32,000 nucleotides of DNA from Wolbachia endosymbiont of Cimex lectularius (GCF_000829315.1 NZ_AP013028.1:960001-992000), one strand, 5' to 3'. Counted from the stretch's first letter, positions 1 through 10,491 are shown. Notes: generated from the sequence alone by a model not told the origin. Program-made: numbers and translations.

Positions 1-828
1 TCCCTGGACCAAGCAGGGGTCATTACTCGTTCCGTTTTTGACTCAGCATTAATGCTGGAAACGATTTGTGGCTATGACAGCAAAGATTCAACATCGAGTA
101 AAAGGCCAGTGCCTAAATTTTCTAATTCTATAAACGGTAATGTCAAGGGTAAGCGCATTGGTATACCGAAAGAATATAGAATGGATGGAATTTCAGAAGA
201 AATCGTCCATCATTGGGAAAAAGTTTCTTCCAATTTGAAAGAAAACGGTGCTGAAGTTATTGATATTACCTTGCCACACACTAAATATGCAATACCAGTC
301 TATTATTTAATTTGTTCTGCTGAAGTTTCATCTAATCTTGCTCGTTATGATGGTGTGCGTTATGGATTCAGAGCTGATGCTGATACCCTCGAAGAAATGT
401 ATTCACTAACAAGAGCAGAAGGTTTTGGAAAAGAGGTAAAAAGAAGAATCTTAATCGGTGCTTATGCACTTTTTTCAGGTCACTACAATGAATATTACGA
501 AAAAGCACAATGTATTAGAGCATTAATCAGAAATGATTTTATAAAAGCATTTGAAAAAATAGATTACATACTCGTTCCATCTGCTCCAACAGAAGCTTTT
601 GGCTTGAATGAAAAGCCAGATCCGCTAATTATGTGTATCAATGATGTCTTCACCGTACCAGCAAGTTTAGCTGGACTACCTGCTATTTCTGTTCCTGTTG
701 GACTTTCCAATGAAGGTTTACCACTTGCTTTACAAGTAATTGGAAACTATTACGATGAAGCTGGAATATTGAATGTAGCAAATGTGATAGAGCAAAATTG
801 TGGCAGAGTGATTGAACTGCATAGCTAG
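1..828 (+). CDS. gatA: Glutamyl-tRNA(Gln) amidotransferase subunit A, C-terminal part (5' end lies upstream of window)
   Basis: Frame 1 is open from base 1 (SLDQAGVITRSVFDSALMLE...). C-terminal amidase/GatA pattern DPLIMCINDVFTVPASLAGLPAISVPVG. Confidence 0.9.
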   Translation, partial: SLDQAGVITRSVFDSALMLETICGYDSKDSTSSKRPVPKFSNSINGNVKGKRIGIPKEYRMDGISEEIVHHWEKVSSNLKENGAEVIDITLPHTKYAIPVYYLICSAEVSSNLARYDGVRYGFRADADTLEEMYSLTRAEGFGKEVKRRILIGAYALFSGHYNEYYEKAQCIRALIRNDFIKAFEKIDYILVPSAPTEAFGLNEKPDPLIMCINDVFTVPASLAGLPAISVPVGLSNEGLPLALQVIGNYYDEAGILNVANVIEQNCGRVIELHS

Positions 829-844
829 TCGTTAGTATGTCTGC

Positions 845-1774
845 TCAAAGAGGAACAAGTTTGGCAAAAAATAATGATATTATTAGTGGAACGTAAAATA
901 GTCCCACTGCAGTACTGATGAGAAGCAGCAAAGTAGCTCTATCTGGTTGATAATTTAAAATATTAGCAAGTACTACACTGGATCCAGAAACTGGAATAAT
1001 AGCTAACAACATCAGCGCTTTATATATACTCTCATCGTATATACCTGTGATATGTTTGTCTATCAGGACAATTCCCAAAACAAATAATGGCCAGAATACG
1101 TACTTTGCTGTAATAGTGGTTAAAGCGAGTTTCCAATCTATTTTAAAATTTGTAATTTGTGCAATACTCACTCCAAGTAGCACCATTCCTAATGTAATAA
1201 ATGTACTTCTAATATTCATCATAACATCTGTTAGAAAAGCAGGTATTTGTATATCGCATACACTCAAAAAGAAGCCCAGAATCATCGCATAGGACGAAGG
1301 AAGTCTGAACAACCTGAACATGCATTCTTTTGCGGTGTATATACCATTTGCAGCTATATAAAATCCTAAGCTATTTTCAAACAGTGCCATTCCTATATAA
1401 CAGACAACATATACAGACACCGAATCTTCATCAAACAAAGTCATAGCAATTGGCAAGCCAAAATAACCCATACTTGTACTGCCTGAGCTAAATGCCAATA
1501 TGTTTTTCGTGTTGTCCTTAAATAAAAAAGAAGAAAGATAATACACCGATAAGGACATAGTACTACCTATAAACCATATCAAAATCGGCAAAGAAATTAC
1601 TTTTAAATTGACCTCTGTATGAGATACTCCATACAGAATCACTATTGGATTAGCTATATAAAAGAGTATTTGAGATATAGTATTTCTATCAATCTTAAGG
1701 CATTTTCCTGCTAAATAACCAATAAGTATTGTAATATAAATAGGTAATATTTTGAGAAAAAGGGTAAAGAACAT
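845..1774 (-). CDS. AEC (auxin efflux carrier) family membrane transporter
   Basis: 309-aa polytopic membrane ORF. N-terminus MFFTLFLKILPIYITILIGYLAGK and overall hydrophobic layout are typical of AEC-family permeases. Confidence 0.7.
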   Translation of the reverse strand: MFFTLFLKILPIYITILIGYLAGKCLKIDRNTISQILFYIANPIVILYGVSHTEVNLKVISLPILIWFIGSTMSLSVYYLSSFLFKDNTKNILAFSSGSTSMGYFGLPIAMTLFDEDSVSVYVVCYIGMALFENSLGFYIAANGIYTAKECMFRLFRLPSSYAMILGFFLSVCDIQIPAFLTDVMMNIRSTFITLGMVLLGVSIAQITNFKIDWKLALTTITAKYVFWPLFVLGIVLIDKHITGIYDESIYKALMLLAIIPVSGSSVVLANILNYQPDRATLLLLISTAVGLFYVPLIISLFFAKLVPL

Positions 1775-2133
1775 ACTGCCTAATTATAATCCTTCTTGAT
1801 ACTTCCAACTGATAAATTGACATTAGATCTTAAGACATTATAAAAGTAAATAAAATTTATTTTCCAATTTACCCAACTCATAGTTATTTAAAAAGACCCA
1901 TTTAGTGCTAAGACCTGCTTTTACAAAGCATAAGAATGATATTTTTATGATAAAATTATGTTAAGTTTTTATAAAGCTTCTTGCATATCTTTCAATAGTG
2001 GTAACTTTGCTAAAAAGCAAAGTTTAGTTTCGCTTGGCTTTATTGTATGCTTTCAGGCGATATAGAATACAAACCCCAACTACTTTCGTTGAAAAATAAG
2101 CGCCTTGTAGGCAAGCATAAACGATAAAACTAA

Positions 2134-3399
2134 TTATACTTTTCCAAAGATAAGTGATGCGTTAGTGCCACCAAAACCAAACGAATTAGAAAGCGCATAT
2201 TGGATTTTATGCTCTTGAGCTTTAAACGGTACAAAATTTAAATCACATCCTTCTGAAGGTTTGTGCAAGTTTAAAGTTGGGGGAGTAATTCCTTCATTTA
2301 ATGCAAGAATACTGAATATCGCTTCAACGCTACCTGCAGCACCAAGTAAATGTCCTATGGAAGATTTGGTTGAAGAAACTGGTATCTTATAAGCGTAGTC
2401 ACCAAATAACTGTTTTATTGCTATTACTTCGATTTTATCTCCAAGTGGCGTTGAAGTTCCATGTGCATTGATATACCCGATTTGATTTGGACCAATTTGT
2501 GCACTCTGTAAGGCAAGCTGTATTGCTTTCAACGCACCTCTTCCGCTTTCATGCGGAGCGGTAATATGATAAGCATCCCCCGTTAGTCCATACCCAGTAA
2601 GTTCTGCATATATTTTTGCTCCTCTTCTCTTTGCATGTTCATACTCTTCCAATACTAGTATACCTGCTCCTTCACCCATAACAAATCCATCGCGTTCTTT
2701 ATCCCACGGTCTTGAAGCTTCTTCAGGCTTGTCATTAAACTTAGTTGATAATGCCTTCATAGATGCAAAGCCTGCAATTCCAACCCTACAAAGAGCACTT
2801 TCTGCCCCACCTGCAATCATTACATCTGTTTCACCAAGTTTTATAGCTCTTGCTGAGTTTATGATTGCATGCGCACCTGTTGCACATGCGGTTACCGCTG
2901 AATCGTTTGGGCCTGTAAATTCGTATTTAATAGAAATATGGCCAGATATCAAATTTATCAAACTTGCAGGAACAAAAAATGGGCTGACACGCCTAGGCCC
3001 TTTTTCCTGCATAATAATTACGTTCTCCTGAATTGATGGAAGACCACCTATACCAGAGCCAACAACCACACCAACGCGTTCTCGATCGATATTTTGACTT
3101 TCTAAGATTAGTGAATCGTTCACTGCCTGAATAGCGGCTGCAATGCCGTAATGGATAAAACGATCTGTCCTTTTTAGGTCTTTTTCAGAGATATAATCTA
3201 GCGGGTTAAAACAGTGTCCAATGTTATCACCTTGTAGGGGAACTTGTCCTGCGATCTTGCAAGCAAGATCGGAAGCATCAAATCTGCTGATTTCCCTTAT
3301 ACCAGACTCACCATCTACTAACTTAAGCCAAGTGTTTTCAACATCTGCCGCCAGTGGAGTAATTGAGCCAATACCGGTCACTACTACTCTTCTGCTCAT
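2134..3399 (-). CDS. fabF: 3-oxoacyl-ACP synthase II
   Basis: 421 aa. Has RRVVVTGIG, active-site context AVTACATG, HGTSTPLGD and NSFGFGGTNASL. Lies immediately downstream of acpP. Confidence 0.95.
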   Translation of the reverse strand: MSRRVVVTGIGSITPLAADVENTWLKLVDGESGIREISRFDASDLACKIAGQVPLQGDNIGHCFNPLDYISEKDLKRTDRFIHYGIAAAIQAVNDSLILESQNIDRERVGVVVGSGIGGLPSIQENVIIMQEKGPRRVSPFFVPASLINLISGHISIKYEFTGPNDSAVTACATGAHAIINSARAIKLGETDVMIAGGAESALCRVGIAGFASMKALSTKFNDKPEEASRPWDKERDGFVMGEGAGILVLEEYEHAKRRGAKIYAELTGYGLTGDAYHITAPHESGRGALKAIQLALQSAQIGPNQIGYINAHGTSTPLGDKIEVIAIKQLFGDYAYKIPVSSTKSSIGHLLGAAGSVEAIFSILALNEGITPPTLNLHKPSEGCDLNFVPFKAQEHKIQYALSNSFGFGGTNASLIFGKV

Positions 3400-3405
3400 T
3401 TAATA

Positions 3406-3672
3406 CTAATTATTGTTTTTTTTATTACTGATGTACTCAGCTATCTGCTCTACAGTTTCCATTTTTTGTGCATCTTCATCAGGAATTTCTATGCCAAACT
3501 CTTCTTCTGCCGCCATGATTATCTCAACTGCATCTAAACTGTCTGCGCCATGCTCTGAAAGCTTTGAGGAGCTGCTAAACTTCTCTACATCCTTACTAAT
3601 GTGCTCTAACACAATCTTTTTTACTTTTTCTTCTATGTCTTCTCTAGTGCTTTTTGCTAGTTCGCTACTCAT
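3406..3672 (-). CDS. acpP: Acyl carrier protein
   Basis: 88 aa with the phosphopantetheine-attachment motif GADSLD followed by EEEFGIEIPDEDA. Confidence 0.93.
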   Translation of the reverse strand: MSSELAKSTREDIEEKVKKIVLEHISKDVEKFSSSSKLSEHGADSLDAVEIIMAAEEEFGIEIPDEDAQKMETVEQIAEYISNKKNNN

Positions 3673-3823
3673 TTTTTACCAAAAAATAACCTATTCTTTG
3701 ATGTTATAAAAAATTTTCATGTTTGCAATACCTTTTATGATTGATAGACTATTACAAAATTTTCTATCGCCCTAGCTGAAATATGCTTCAACATTATGTG
3801 CTGGGAAATTAACAAACTCGCAA

Positions 3824-4624
3824 ATGCTAGACGAAATAACAAAAAATTTACTTATCGCAGAAATAAACAAATTTCTGCCTGAAGATAGCCAAAGCAAGCT
3901 TATATCAGCTATGCGTTATATGCTTCTTGCCCCTGCAAAATATATACGTCCATTTTTAGTCACAGCTTCATCACGAGTATTTAATGTGAAAGCTGAGAAA
4001 GTAATACCAATTGCTGTGGCAGTTGAGTGTGTTCACACCTACTCTCTAATTCACGATGATTTGCCATGTATGGACAATAGCGATATCCGCAGAGGTCAGC
4101 TAAGTTGCCATAAAAGATTTGACGAAGCAACAGCAGTGCTTGCTGGAGATGCGCTACTTACCCTCGCTTTTGAAATACTGTCTTCGCTAAATGAGGATAG
4201 CAACAAATGCTGTGAAATTATAAAAGTACTCTCTCAAGCGATAGGAACTAGGGGAATGGTAGGAGGGCAGATTTTGGATATTGATGCAGATTCCTCTAAA
4301 ATAAAAGAAATTCATTTATTAAAAACCGCAAAACTATTTGCAGCTTCATGTGAAATAGGCGCTATAATGGGAAATGCTACAGATGAGCAACGAAGAGCGT
4401 TACATGACTATGGAATAAACCTAGGGCTTATCTTTCAAGCCAAAGATGATATTGAAGACCACAAACAAGATGAGGTAAGTAATTTAATGTCTATACTCGA
4501 TAAAAGTGAAACAAAGAACTATATAGAAAGTCTCTTTAAACAAGCTTTGGATAATTTGAGTGAACTTTCAGGCGAAACTAATTATTTATACAATTTATTG
4601 AATCGGGTAAAAAACGATGGTTAG
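3824..4624 (+). CDS. ispA: Polyprenyl (farnesyl/geranyl) diphosphate synthase
   Basis: First and second Asp-rich motifs are present (LIHDDLPCMDNSDIRRG and FQAKDDIED). Confidence 0.88.
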   Translation: MLDEITKNLLIAEINKFLPEDSQSKLISAMRYMLLAPAKYIRPFLVTASSRVFNVKAEKVIPIAVAVECVHTYSLIHDDLPCMDNSDIRRGQLSCHKRFDEATAVLAGDALLTLAFEILSSLNEDSNKCCEIIKVLSQAIGTRGMVGGQILDIDADSSKIKEIHLLKTAKLFAASCEIGAIMGNATDEQRRALHDYGINLGLIFQAKDDIEDHKQDEVSNLMSILDKSETKNYIESLFKQALDNLSELSGETNYLYNLLNRVKNDG

Positions 4625-5516
4625 GGAAATTATATTACAATTGCTCATTTCCATAGTAATAATTTTCACTTTAACTTCCGCTTTTGTGTTCACCATCGTT
4701 CAAATAAACAAAAGCAGGCCAGAAAAGAGAGACAAGCTTTATGAGTTAAATACTACGAATGATGGTTTGGTACAGACAATAGCATATTACCTAGTGAAGC
4801 CAATACTTGAATCAGCACTTGATCACTATATCGAAAAGCATGGGTTGAAGGAGTATTTAAAAGAAATAACACAGCAGGAGAGAGAGGAAAATTCAATAAA
4901 CTTCTATGAAATTACAGAAGGCAGTGGCAGCAGAGCTCTATGTGGTCAAGAAGTCCTGCTGCAAATGTATAAAATATCTAATAACCTAGCGGCACCACTT
5001 CCGAGTCAAGTCCCTAATGTTACCTTGAAAATAGGTCAAGATGATTGGAAAGAGGTGGGTCTAGGAATAATGGGTATGAAAGAAGGAGGAGAGCATGTAG
5101 TTACTGTAAACATTGCCAATGACAACAAAATGGACTTTAACTCTTACTACGTCAAACTAATCGAAGTAAAAGATAAATACCCCGACTCAGTAAATAATAT
5201 GATGATTTTCAATGACTTAATTAACAGGGCTGGAAAACAAGTGAGATGTGGTGACGAAGTGTCAATTAAGTACAGCGTAATGGGTCATAATGGTGAATAT
5301 ATAATCAAAGATCAAACAGCGCAATTCAAAGTTGGTGATAAAAAAGTACCGCTTGCCATAGAGCTTGGAGTGGTTGGAATGAGAGCTGGTAATAACAGAA
5401 CTATCATTTCTCCACCAGAACTTTTGAATGTTACTGATGGTATGTTAATCGGAGATATAGATTTTGACGAAGAAAATGTTTCTATAATTAATCTCAGCTT
5501 AGATGCCAAAGTTTAA
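4617..5516 (+). CDS. Membrane-anchored protein with two degenerate FKBP-type PPIase-like domains
   Basis: N-terminal TM helix (LLISIVIIFTLTSAFVFTIV). Two segments resemble the FKBP core (...KIGQDDWKEVGLGIMGMKEGGEHVVTV and FKVGDKKVPLAIELGVVGMRAGNNRTIISPPELL). Start overlaps the ispA stop by 8 nt (ATGGTTAG). Confidence 0.55.
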   Translation: MVREIILQLLISIVIIFTLTSAFVFTIVQINKSRPEKRDKLYELNTTNDGLVQTIAYYLVKPILESALDHYIEKHGLKEYLKEITQQEREENSINFYEITEGSGSRALCGQEVLLQMYKISNNLAAPLPSQVPNVTLKIGQDDWKEVGLGIMGMKEGGEHVVTVNIANDNKMDFNSYYVKLIEVKDKYPDSVNNMMIFNDLINRAGKQVRCGDEVSIKYSVMGHNGEYIIKDQTAQFKVGDKKVPLAIELGVVGMRAGNNRTIISPPELLNVTDGMLIGDIDFDEENVSIINLSLDAKV

Positions 5517-5528
5517 AGGCAAGGTACT

Positions 5529-7037
5529 TTAAAATATTACTTGGTAACTGAAGAAAATGACAAAAGTACATATCGCAGTGACAACTGGTGGTAAAACCAG
5601 AAAAATAGGTGTCTTTTTAACGAAAAAGTTCTTAGAAGGCTTTGAGAAAAAAGCATTGTAAACTATTAGCAAAAAGTACATAGCATTTAGTATAGTGCTT
5701 ACTATTAACACAAGAGTAACAAATACAGAAAGTGCTACATTGCCGGAGCTAAAAACAGCCTGAAAAATGAGAAACTTACCCCAGAAGGTTGGAGCAGGTG
5801 GCACTCCGATCATAGATAACGCACCTATAGTAAATGCTGCCATAGTAATTGGCATATTTCGTCCTATGCCGTGAATTCTATCTACATATTTCTCACCTGT
5901 TTTCGTTATTATGCTGCCTGCAACAAAGAATAGAGTGATTTTTGCAAATGCATGACAAACTAACTGAAAAACTGCAACTCTTGCGCTAAGGTTGCTAAAA
6001 ATTGAAGCGAATAGTATAACATATGATAATTGGGAAACGGTAGAGTAGGCAAGCAATTTTTTCAATTCCTTCTGCTTGAGTGCAGTCAGTGAAGCAACAA
6101 TGATGGTGAATCCTGCAGCATAAGGCAGCCATCCTCCAGCAAACCAACTTTGTTGCGCAAAGCGTTGCAAATTATCGGTGCCAAAAGTGTATAATATAAC
6201 TTTTATAATGATGAAAACCCCGGATTTCACAACAGCGACAGCATGTAGCAGCGCGCTCACAGGAGTTGGTGCAACCATTGCTTTTGGTAACCAAAAGTGC
6301 ATTGGCATTAATGCAGCTTTGCCTATTCCGTAAATCAGCATAGCAAAACACACTGCAATGAAAGTGACGAGCGAAGTGTCAAATTTAAATATTCCACCAC
6401 TTACAAAGTCTAAAGTATGAAATTTACTGTATAAGAAACCGAGAACTGGAAAAAATAGTACTAAGGAAGAAAAAAACAGCACACCAAAATAATAACGCCC
6501 AGCTATCATTGATTCATTTGTTGTGTTATAGGTGACAAGAGGATAAGTACTCATAGTCAAGAGCTCATAAAAGACAAATGTAGTAAGCAAATCGCCAGAA
6601 AAAGCAATAAACATTGCACAACTGATCGATATTGAAAGAAAACACAGGAAATTTGAATAATTATTACCAGGATAGTTATTCTGCATATAACATATTGCGT
6701 ATACGCTAGTTAATATCCATAAAAATGATATTAATAAACTAAATACCACTCCAGTGGACTCTAGCTTTAAACTAATGTGCAAGTTATTGCCAAAATCCAT
6801 AAGGATAAATTGAGAATAATCACCATATGCCCAATATAAAGTGCACAGACACGCATATGTAAATAGAAGTATAGAAGAGGCAACAGTAACGCCGTTGCTT
6901 ACTCTAGGCCATTTGCCGGTAAAAAAGATAACCACTGCGCCAAGCAGCGGAATCAGCGCAGTAATTAACAAATAATTTTCAGTGATTGCAAATGGTAAGG
7001 AAAGAGGTGTTAAAACATATTCCACTAAATAATTCAT
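5529..7037 (-). CDS. Proton-conducting membrane transporter subunit (Mrp antiporter subunit D / complex I NuoL/M/N family)
   Basis: 502-aa polytopic ORF with the family signature GKAALMPMHFWLPKAMVAPTPVSALLHAVAVVKSGVF. Not adjacent to other nuo genes, which favours an MrpD/MnhD-like assignment. Confidence 0.75.
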   Translation of the reverse strand: MNYLVEYVLTPLSLPFAITENYLLITALIPLLGAVVIFFTGKWPRVSNGVTVASSILLFTYACLCTLYWAYGDYSQFILMDFGNNLHISLKLESTGVVFSLLISFLWILTSVYAICYMQNNYPGNNYSNFLCFLSISISCAMFIAFSGDLLTTFVFYELLTMSTYPLVTYNTTNESMIAGRYYFGVLFFSSLVLFFPVLGFLYSKFHTLDFVSGGIFKFDTSLVTFIAVCFAMLIYGIGKAALMPMHFWLPKAMVAPTPVSALLHAVAVVKSGVFIIIKVILYTFGTDNLQRFAQQSWFAGGWLPYAAGFTIIVASLTALKQKELKKLLAYSTVSQLSYVILFASIFSNLSARVAVFQLVCHAFAKITLFFVAGSIITKTGEKYVDRIHGIGRNMPITMAAFTIGALSMIGVPPAPTFWGKFLIFQAVFSSGNVALSVFVTLVLIVSTILNAMYFLLIVYNAFFSKPSKNFFVKKTPIFLVLPPVVTAICTFVIFFSYQVIF

Positions 7038-7214
7038 TCTTTTGCTTGGGTAAAGCTAGAATTATACTCAAATCATAAGAAACTACCACTTTTTTGGTAA
7101 ACAAAAGGACATCCAAGATCTGAGATGCTATTCTAAGGCCATGTGTGGAGGCTGTTTTTTTGTTTAACATATTTAAGCTTAAAAAATAAGATTTAATAGG
7201 GCAAGTATAAAAAG

Positions 7215-7243
7215 TTGAATATTTCTTCAGAATTGTGTATAAT
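7215..7243 (+). promoter_or_regulatory. Sigma70-like promoter upstream of the Rpn-family gene
   Basis: TTGAAT (7215-7220), 17-bp spacer, TATAAT (7238-7243), 28 bp before the ATG at 7271. AT-rich background makes chance matches common. Confidence 0.35.
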
Positions 7244-7270
7244 TATTAATACTTTTCAAATTTTTTTCTT

Positions 7271-8179
7271 ATGGCTCTTTCAAAGTTTCTGGATCCAAAA
7301 AATGATCTAAGTTTTAAAAAAATCTTTGGCTCTGAAAAGAATAAAAATATCCTTATTCACTTCCTGAACGATATCCTAGGCTTTTCTGGTTCTGATCAAA
7401 TAAAAGAAATTGAATTTCTTAGTACTATTATGGATCCTGAAATTGCCTCTGATAAACAAAGCATTGTTGATGTTCTCTGCAAAGACTCTATTGGTAATAG
7501 ATTTATTATCGAAATGCAGCTCGCTCGTGATAAAGGCTTTGAAAAACGTGCCCAACTTTATGCCGCTAAAGCTTACTCTAGGCAATTAGATAAATCTGGT
7601 AATTACATTGATCTTCAGAAAGTTTTCTTTATTGCTATTTCCAATTGTAACTTACTGCCTCAAGAAGTTGACTATATCTCTATTCATAATATACGAGATA
7701 TAAAAACCAATGGAAATTACTTAAAAGATTTTCAGTTTGTCTTTATTGAGCTGCCTAAATTCCAAAAGAATAAAGTAGAGCAGCTAGAAAGCACAGTAGA
7801 AAGGTGGTGTTTCTTTTTCAAGTACGCAGAGGATACTACAGATGAAGACCTAAGAGATATTGCAGAAAAAGCTCCGATAATAAAGCTAGCATATGATGAG
7901 TTGGACAAGTTTCGTTGGAATGAGAAAGATCTAATAGCGTACGAAGAAAGATTAATGGACCTACGCAAAGAAGAGGCTATCCTTGCATACAGACTTGATC
8001 TTGCTGAAGAGAAAGGCATTCAAATCGGACAAGAAAGAGGCAGAGCAGAAGGCGAACAACATGCTAAAATAGCTGTGGCAAAAAACCTGCTTAAAGCTGG
8101 TGTATCTGTTGACTTGATAGCTGAATCTACTGGTCTTCCTAAAGCTGAAATTGCACAACTTCAGGAAGAAATGGCCTAA
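7271..8179 (+). CDS. Rpn-family recombination-promoting nuclease / PD-(D/E)XK putative transposase
   Basis: 302 aa. N-terminus LDPKNDLSFKKIFGSEKNKNILIHFLNDIL and the IVDVLCKD...FIIEMQ core are characteristic of the Rpn/YhgA-like family. Confidence 0.85.
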   Translation: MALSKFLDPKNDLSFKKIFGSEKNKNILIHFLNDILGFSGSDQIKEIEFLSTIMDPEIASDKQSIVDVLCKDSIGNRFIIEMQLARDKGFEKRAQLYAAKAYSRQLDKSGNYIDLQKVFFIAISNCNLLPQEVDYISIHNIRDIKTNGNYLKDFQFVFIELPKFQKNKVEQLESTVERWCFFFKYAEDTTDEDLRDIAEKAPIIKLAYDELDKFRWNEKDLIAYEERLMDLRKEEAILAYRLDLAEEKGIQIGQERGRAEGEQHAKIAVAKNLLKAGVSVDLIAESTGLPKAEIAQLQEEMA

Positions 8180-8247
8180 CAACCAGGCGCCTTTGTTCTC
8201 GGGAACGTTCCCCGTAAATTAGTTTTATGCATATATGACACAAACTT

Positions 8248-8277
8248 GATAGAGGAACAACTGTCCCTCTATCTTTT
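8248..8277 (+). terminator. Possible intrinsic terminator after the Rpn-family gene
   Basis: Perfect 8-bp stem GATAGAGG/CCTCTATC (8248-8255 / 8266-8273), 10-nt loop, then TTTT. The stem is GC-poor. Confidence 0.35.
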
Positions 8278-8383
8278 CCATCTTCTTATATTTGACCTAA
8301 ACAAACTTTTGCACTTGCTCATATGTACATTCAACATGTTTTATAATTGAAACAATGTAAAAACATATAAGCAATTATACGAA

Positions 8384-8856
8384 TCATCGGCTTTTTCCAG
8401 TAGCGTTATCTGCATTTCTACCTTCCATAACTCTTTCTTTATGGCTTTTAAATAGTTCTTTGCTTACAGAGTTTATATTTTCCTTTTGCCGACTAGCGTT
8501 CAATAATTTCGATATCTCTTGTTCTAGCTGGCCACCTTTATAATTGTTTCCAAGATCTTTGATCTCCTCCTTCTTTTTTATAATTTGATCTAGGGCGTCA
8601 ATAGTATAGGTTTTTATTTTTTGAGCATCTATTGCTTACTTCCTTTGATAGTAATTTCACTACTTCCTTGCTTACTACTTACATTGTAGCCCTGCTCTCC
8701 AACTTTTGTTGCCACTTCTCTTTTAAACAAATTGCAAATAGCATCTATTATTTTTTGAGCACAATCTTTAAAAAAAGCTTTAATTGCTTTAAATTCTTGC
8801 GATAAGGAGATAGTCTCAGTGTATGCTGGTTTTTTATTCTCGCCATCAATAGCCAT
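8384..8856 (-). pseudogene. Frameshifted tandem paralog of the C-terminal module of the upstream gene
   Basis: The 75-aa ORF ends ...EQGYNVSSKQGSSEITIKGSKQ*. In the adjacent frame the sequence continues IDAQKIKTYTIDALDQIIKKKEEIKD... to a stop at 8384-8386. The neighbouring gene has the contiguous ...EQGYGVSSKDRKEIVVKGSKQIDIQKVQEII. The difference is AAGCAAATAGAT versus AAGCAATAGAT, i.e. one A missing near 8629-8637. Confidence 0.7.
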
Positions 8857-9630
8857 ATCACTATCTGACTCTCTTTTGTGAGGAGGCAGTGGTGATGCAC
8901 TCTGATTTATAGGCTTTGCTTGCGCTTTTAATGCATTCTGAATATCTTGAAGATTTTGGTATATACTTTTCCTCCGGCACTATTTTTGATACCTTAAATC
9001 CCTCTATTACTCGATCCGAAGCATTTTTTATTATCTCCTGAACCTTTTGAATATCTATTTGCTTACTCCCTTTGACAACAATTTCTTTTCTGTCCTTACT
9101 GCTCACACCATAGCCTTGCTCTTTAAGTGCCCTTATTGCCTCCTCTTTAAACGAGTCTTGAAAATTATGTACTTCTTTCTTCAATTTATGACCATTTTTA
9201 ATAAGAACAGACTTAATTGTTTCCATTTCTTCCTGTAAAGAAAAAGTGTTTTTATTAATTGTAGCATATAGTGATTCGTCTTTCCTTAAATTTTCACAGA
9301 TTGGTTCTTGTATCAAACTGGTATTGATAAACTTTTGTACCTTTCCTAGATAATCAGCATCTCCTACCACTTTACCATTTTTGTTTATAGGCGCCTGTAT
9401 ACCTTCAAATTTGATTTTTTTTATATCTTCAATGTTCAGCCCATTTTCTTCAAGCCATCCCTCTCTTTTGCTCATTGATTCAACAAACCCATTAATTTTT
9501 TTTATATTACCTGCACTATCATCAACCAACATAACAGTTTTTGGTAACTGACCATTGTGATTGTTCTTATAGTTCACAATTGCTCTGCAGATATGCAGAT
9601 TTTTTCCAACTTGACTTTGTTGCTCTCTAA

Positions 9631-10491
9631 GAACCTGTTTAAAATCTTCGTAACAGGAGAGAAATGAAGGAGAGGACTATCATCTGTAAGCTAGTGTTGA
9701 GCTTCCGCTCGCAATTTTTCCACAATCGCCTGCACTTTTCTAACCAGGCAAAAGAGCGTTCAACAACCCATCTTTTTGGCAATACGACGAAAGTGTGTAA
9801 CTCACTTCGCTTTATTACTTCAACAGTTGCACCAATGATAGCTTTTATTTGTGTTGCAAAATTTTCTCCTGTGTAGCCAGCATCAACCAGTATGTTTTTA
9901 ACTTCAGAGAGGTTTGCTTTAGCATTTTCGACCATTTTCACAGCACTGCTACGGTCAGTTGCTTCTGCCGTTGTTACATAAATTGCATGTGGCAAACCTT
10001 GTGTATCAACTGCAATATGGCGCTTTATCCCTGAAATCTTTTTACCTGCATCATAGCCTTTTTTTTTCAGCAGTATCTGCGTTTTTAACGCTTTGAGAAT
10101 CAATTATATAAAAGCTAGTTTTCTCTTTCCGACCATTGCTGATACGGACCTCTCCAACTAATTTTTTTTAAGACTAATTCCAACAAGTTTGGCTCTTCTC
10201 CATTCTTTTTACTCCACACTCGAAAATAGTAATATACGCTTTCCCATCTTGGAAAACCCTTTGGTAACATCCTCCACTGACAACCACTTTTTAAGACGTA
10301 CAACACCCCACAAAATACGTCATACAAATCAAGTTTTCTTGGTTTTATTTTCTGCTTGCTACTCTCCAAAATTAGCCTGATTTTTTCAAACTGCTCTTGA
10401 CTTATATTACTTGGATAACTTTTCTGCATAGACACCTCATTATTAATCTATGCTTACTTTACCTCACATTTCCAAGATTTTAAACAGGTTC
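9631..10491 (-). mobile_element. IS5-family insertion sequence, copy 1 (861 bp)
   Basis: 18-bp perfect terminal IRs GAACCTGTTTAAAATCTT. Flanked by the direct repeat TAA (9628-9630 / 10492-10494). Near-identical to copies 2 and 3. Confidence 0.93.
9639..10435 (-). CDS. IS5-family DDE transposase (OrfA 10115-10435, OrfB 9639-10103, with a bridging segment in a third frame)
   Basis: OrfA is an HTH-like part (YVLKSGCQWRMLP). The middle frame encodes ...CIIDSQSVKNADTAEKK. OrfB encodes GYDAGKKISGIKRHIAVDTQG... The frames meet at T8 (10162-10169) and T9 (10059-10067) on the + strand. Confidence 0.85.

Noticed and set aside
2003-2024. Hairpin AACTTTGC-TAAAAA-GCAAAGTT downstream of fabF, considered as a terminator
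   Set aside because: No U-tract follows on the minus (fabF) strand, and the stem is AT-rich, so it is not convincing as an intrinsic terminator.
2729-3709. ORFs 2729-3031, 3221-3403 and 3413-3709 on the + strand
   Set aside because: They lie entirely antisense to the well-supported fabF and acpP genes. Their composition is low-complexity and mirror-frame, and they have no motifs.
6979-7170. 63-aa minus-strand ORF overlapping the start of the MrpD-like gene
   Set aside because: It is in a different frame overlapping a supported CDS start and the intergenic region, and it has no motif support.
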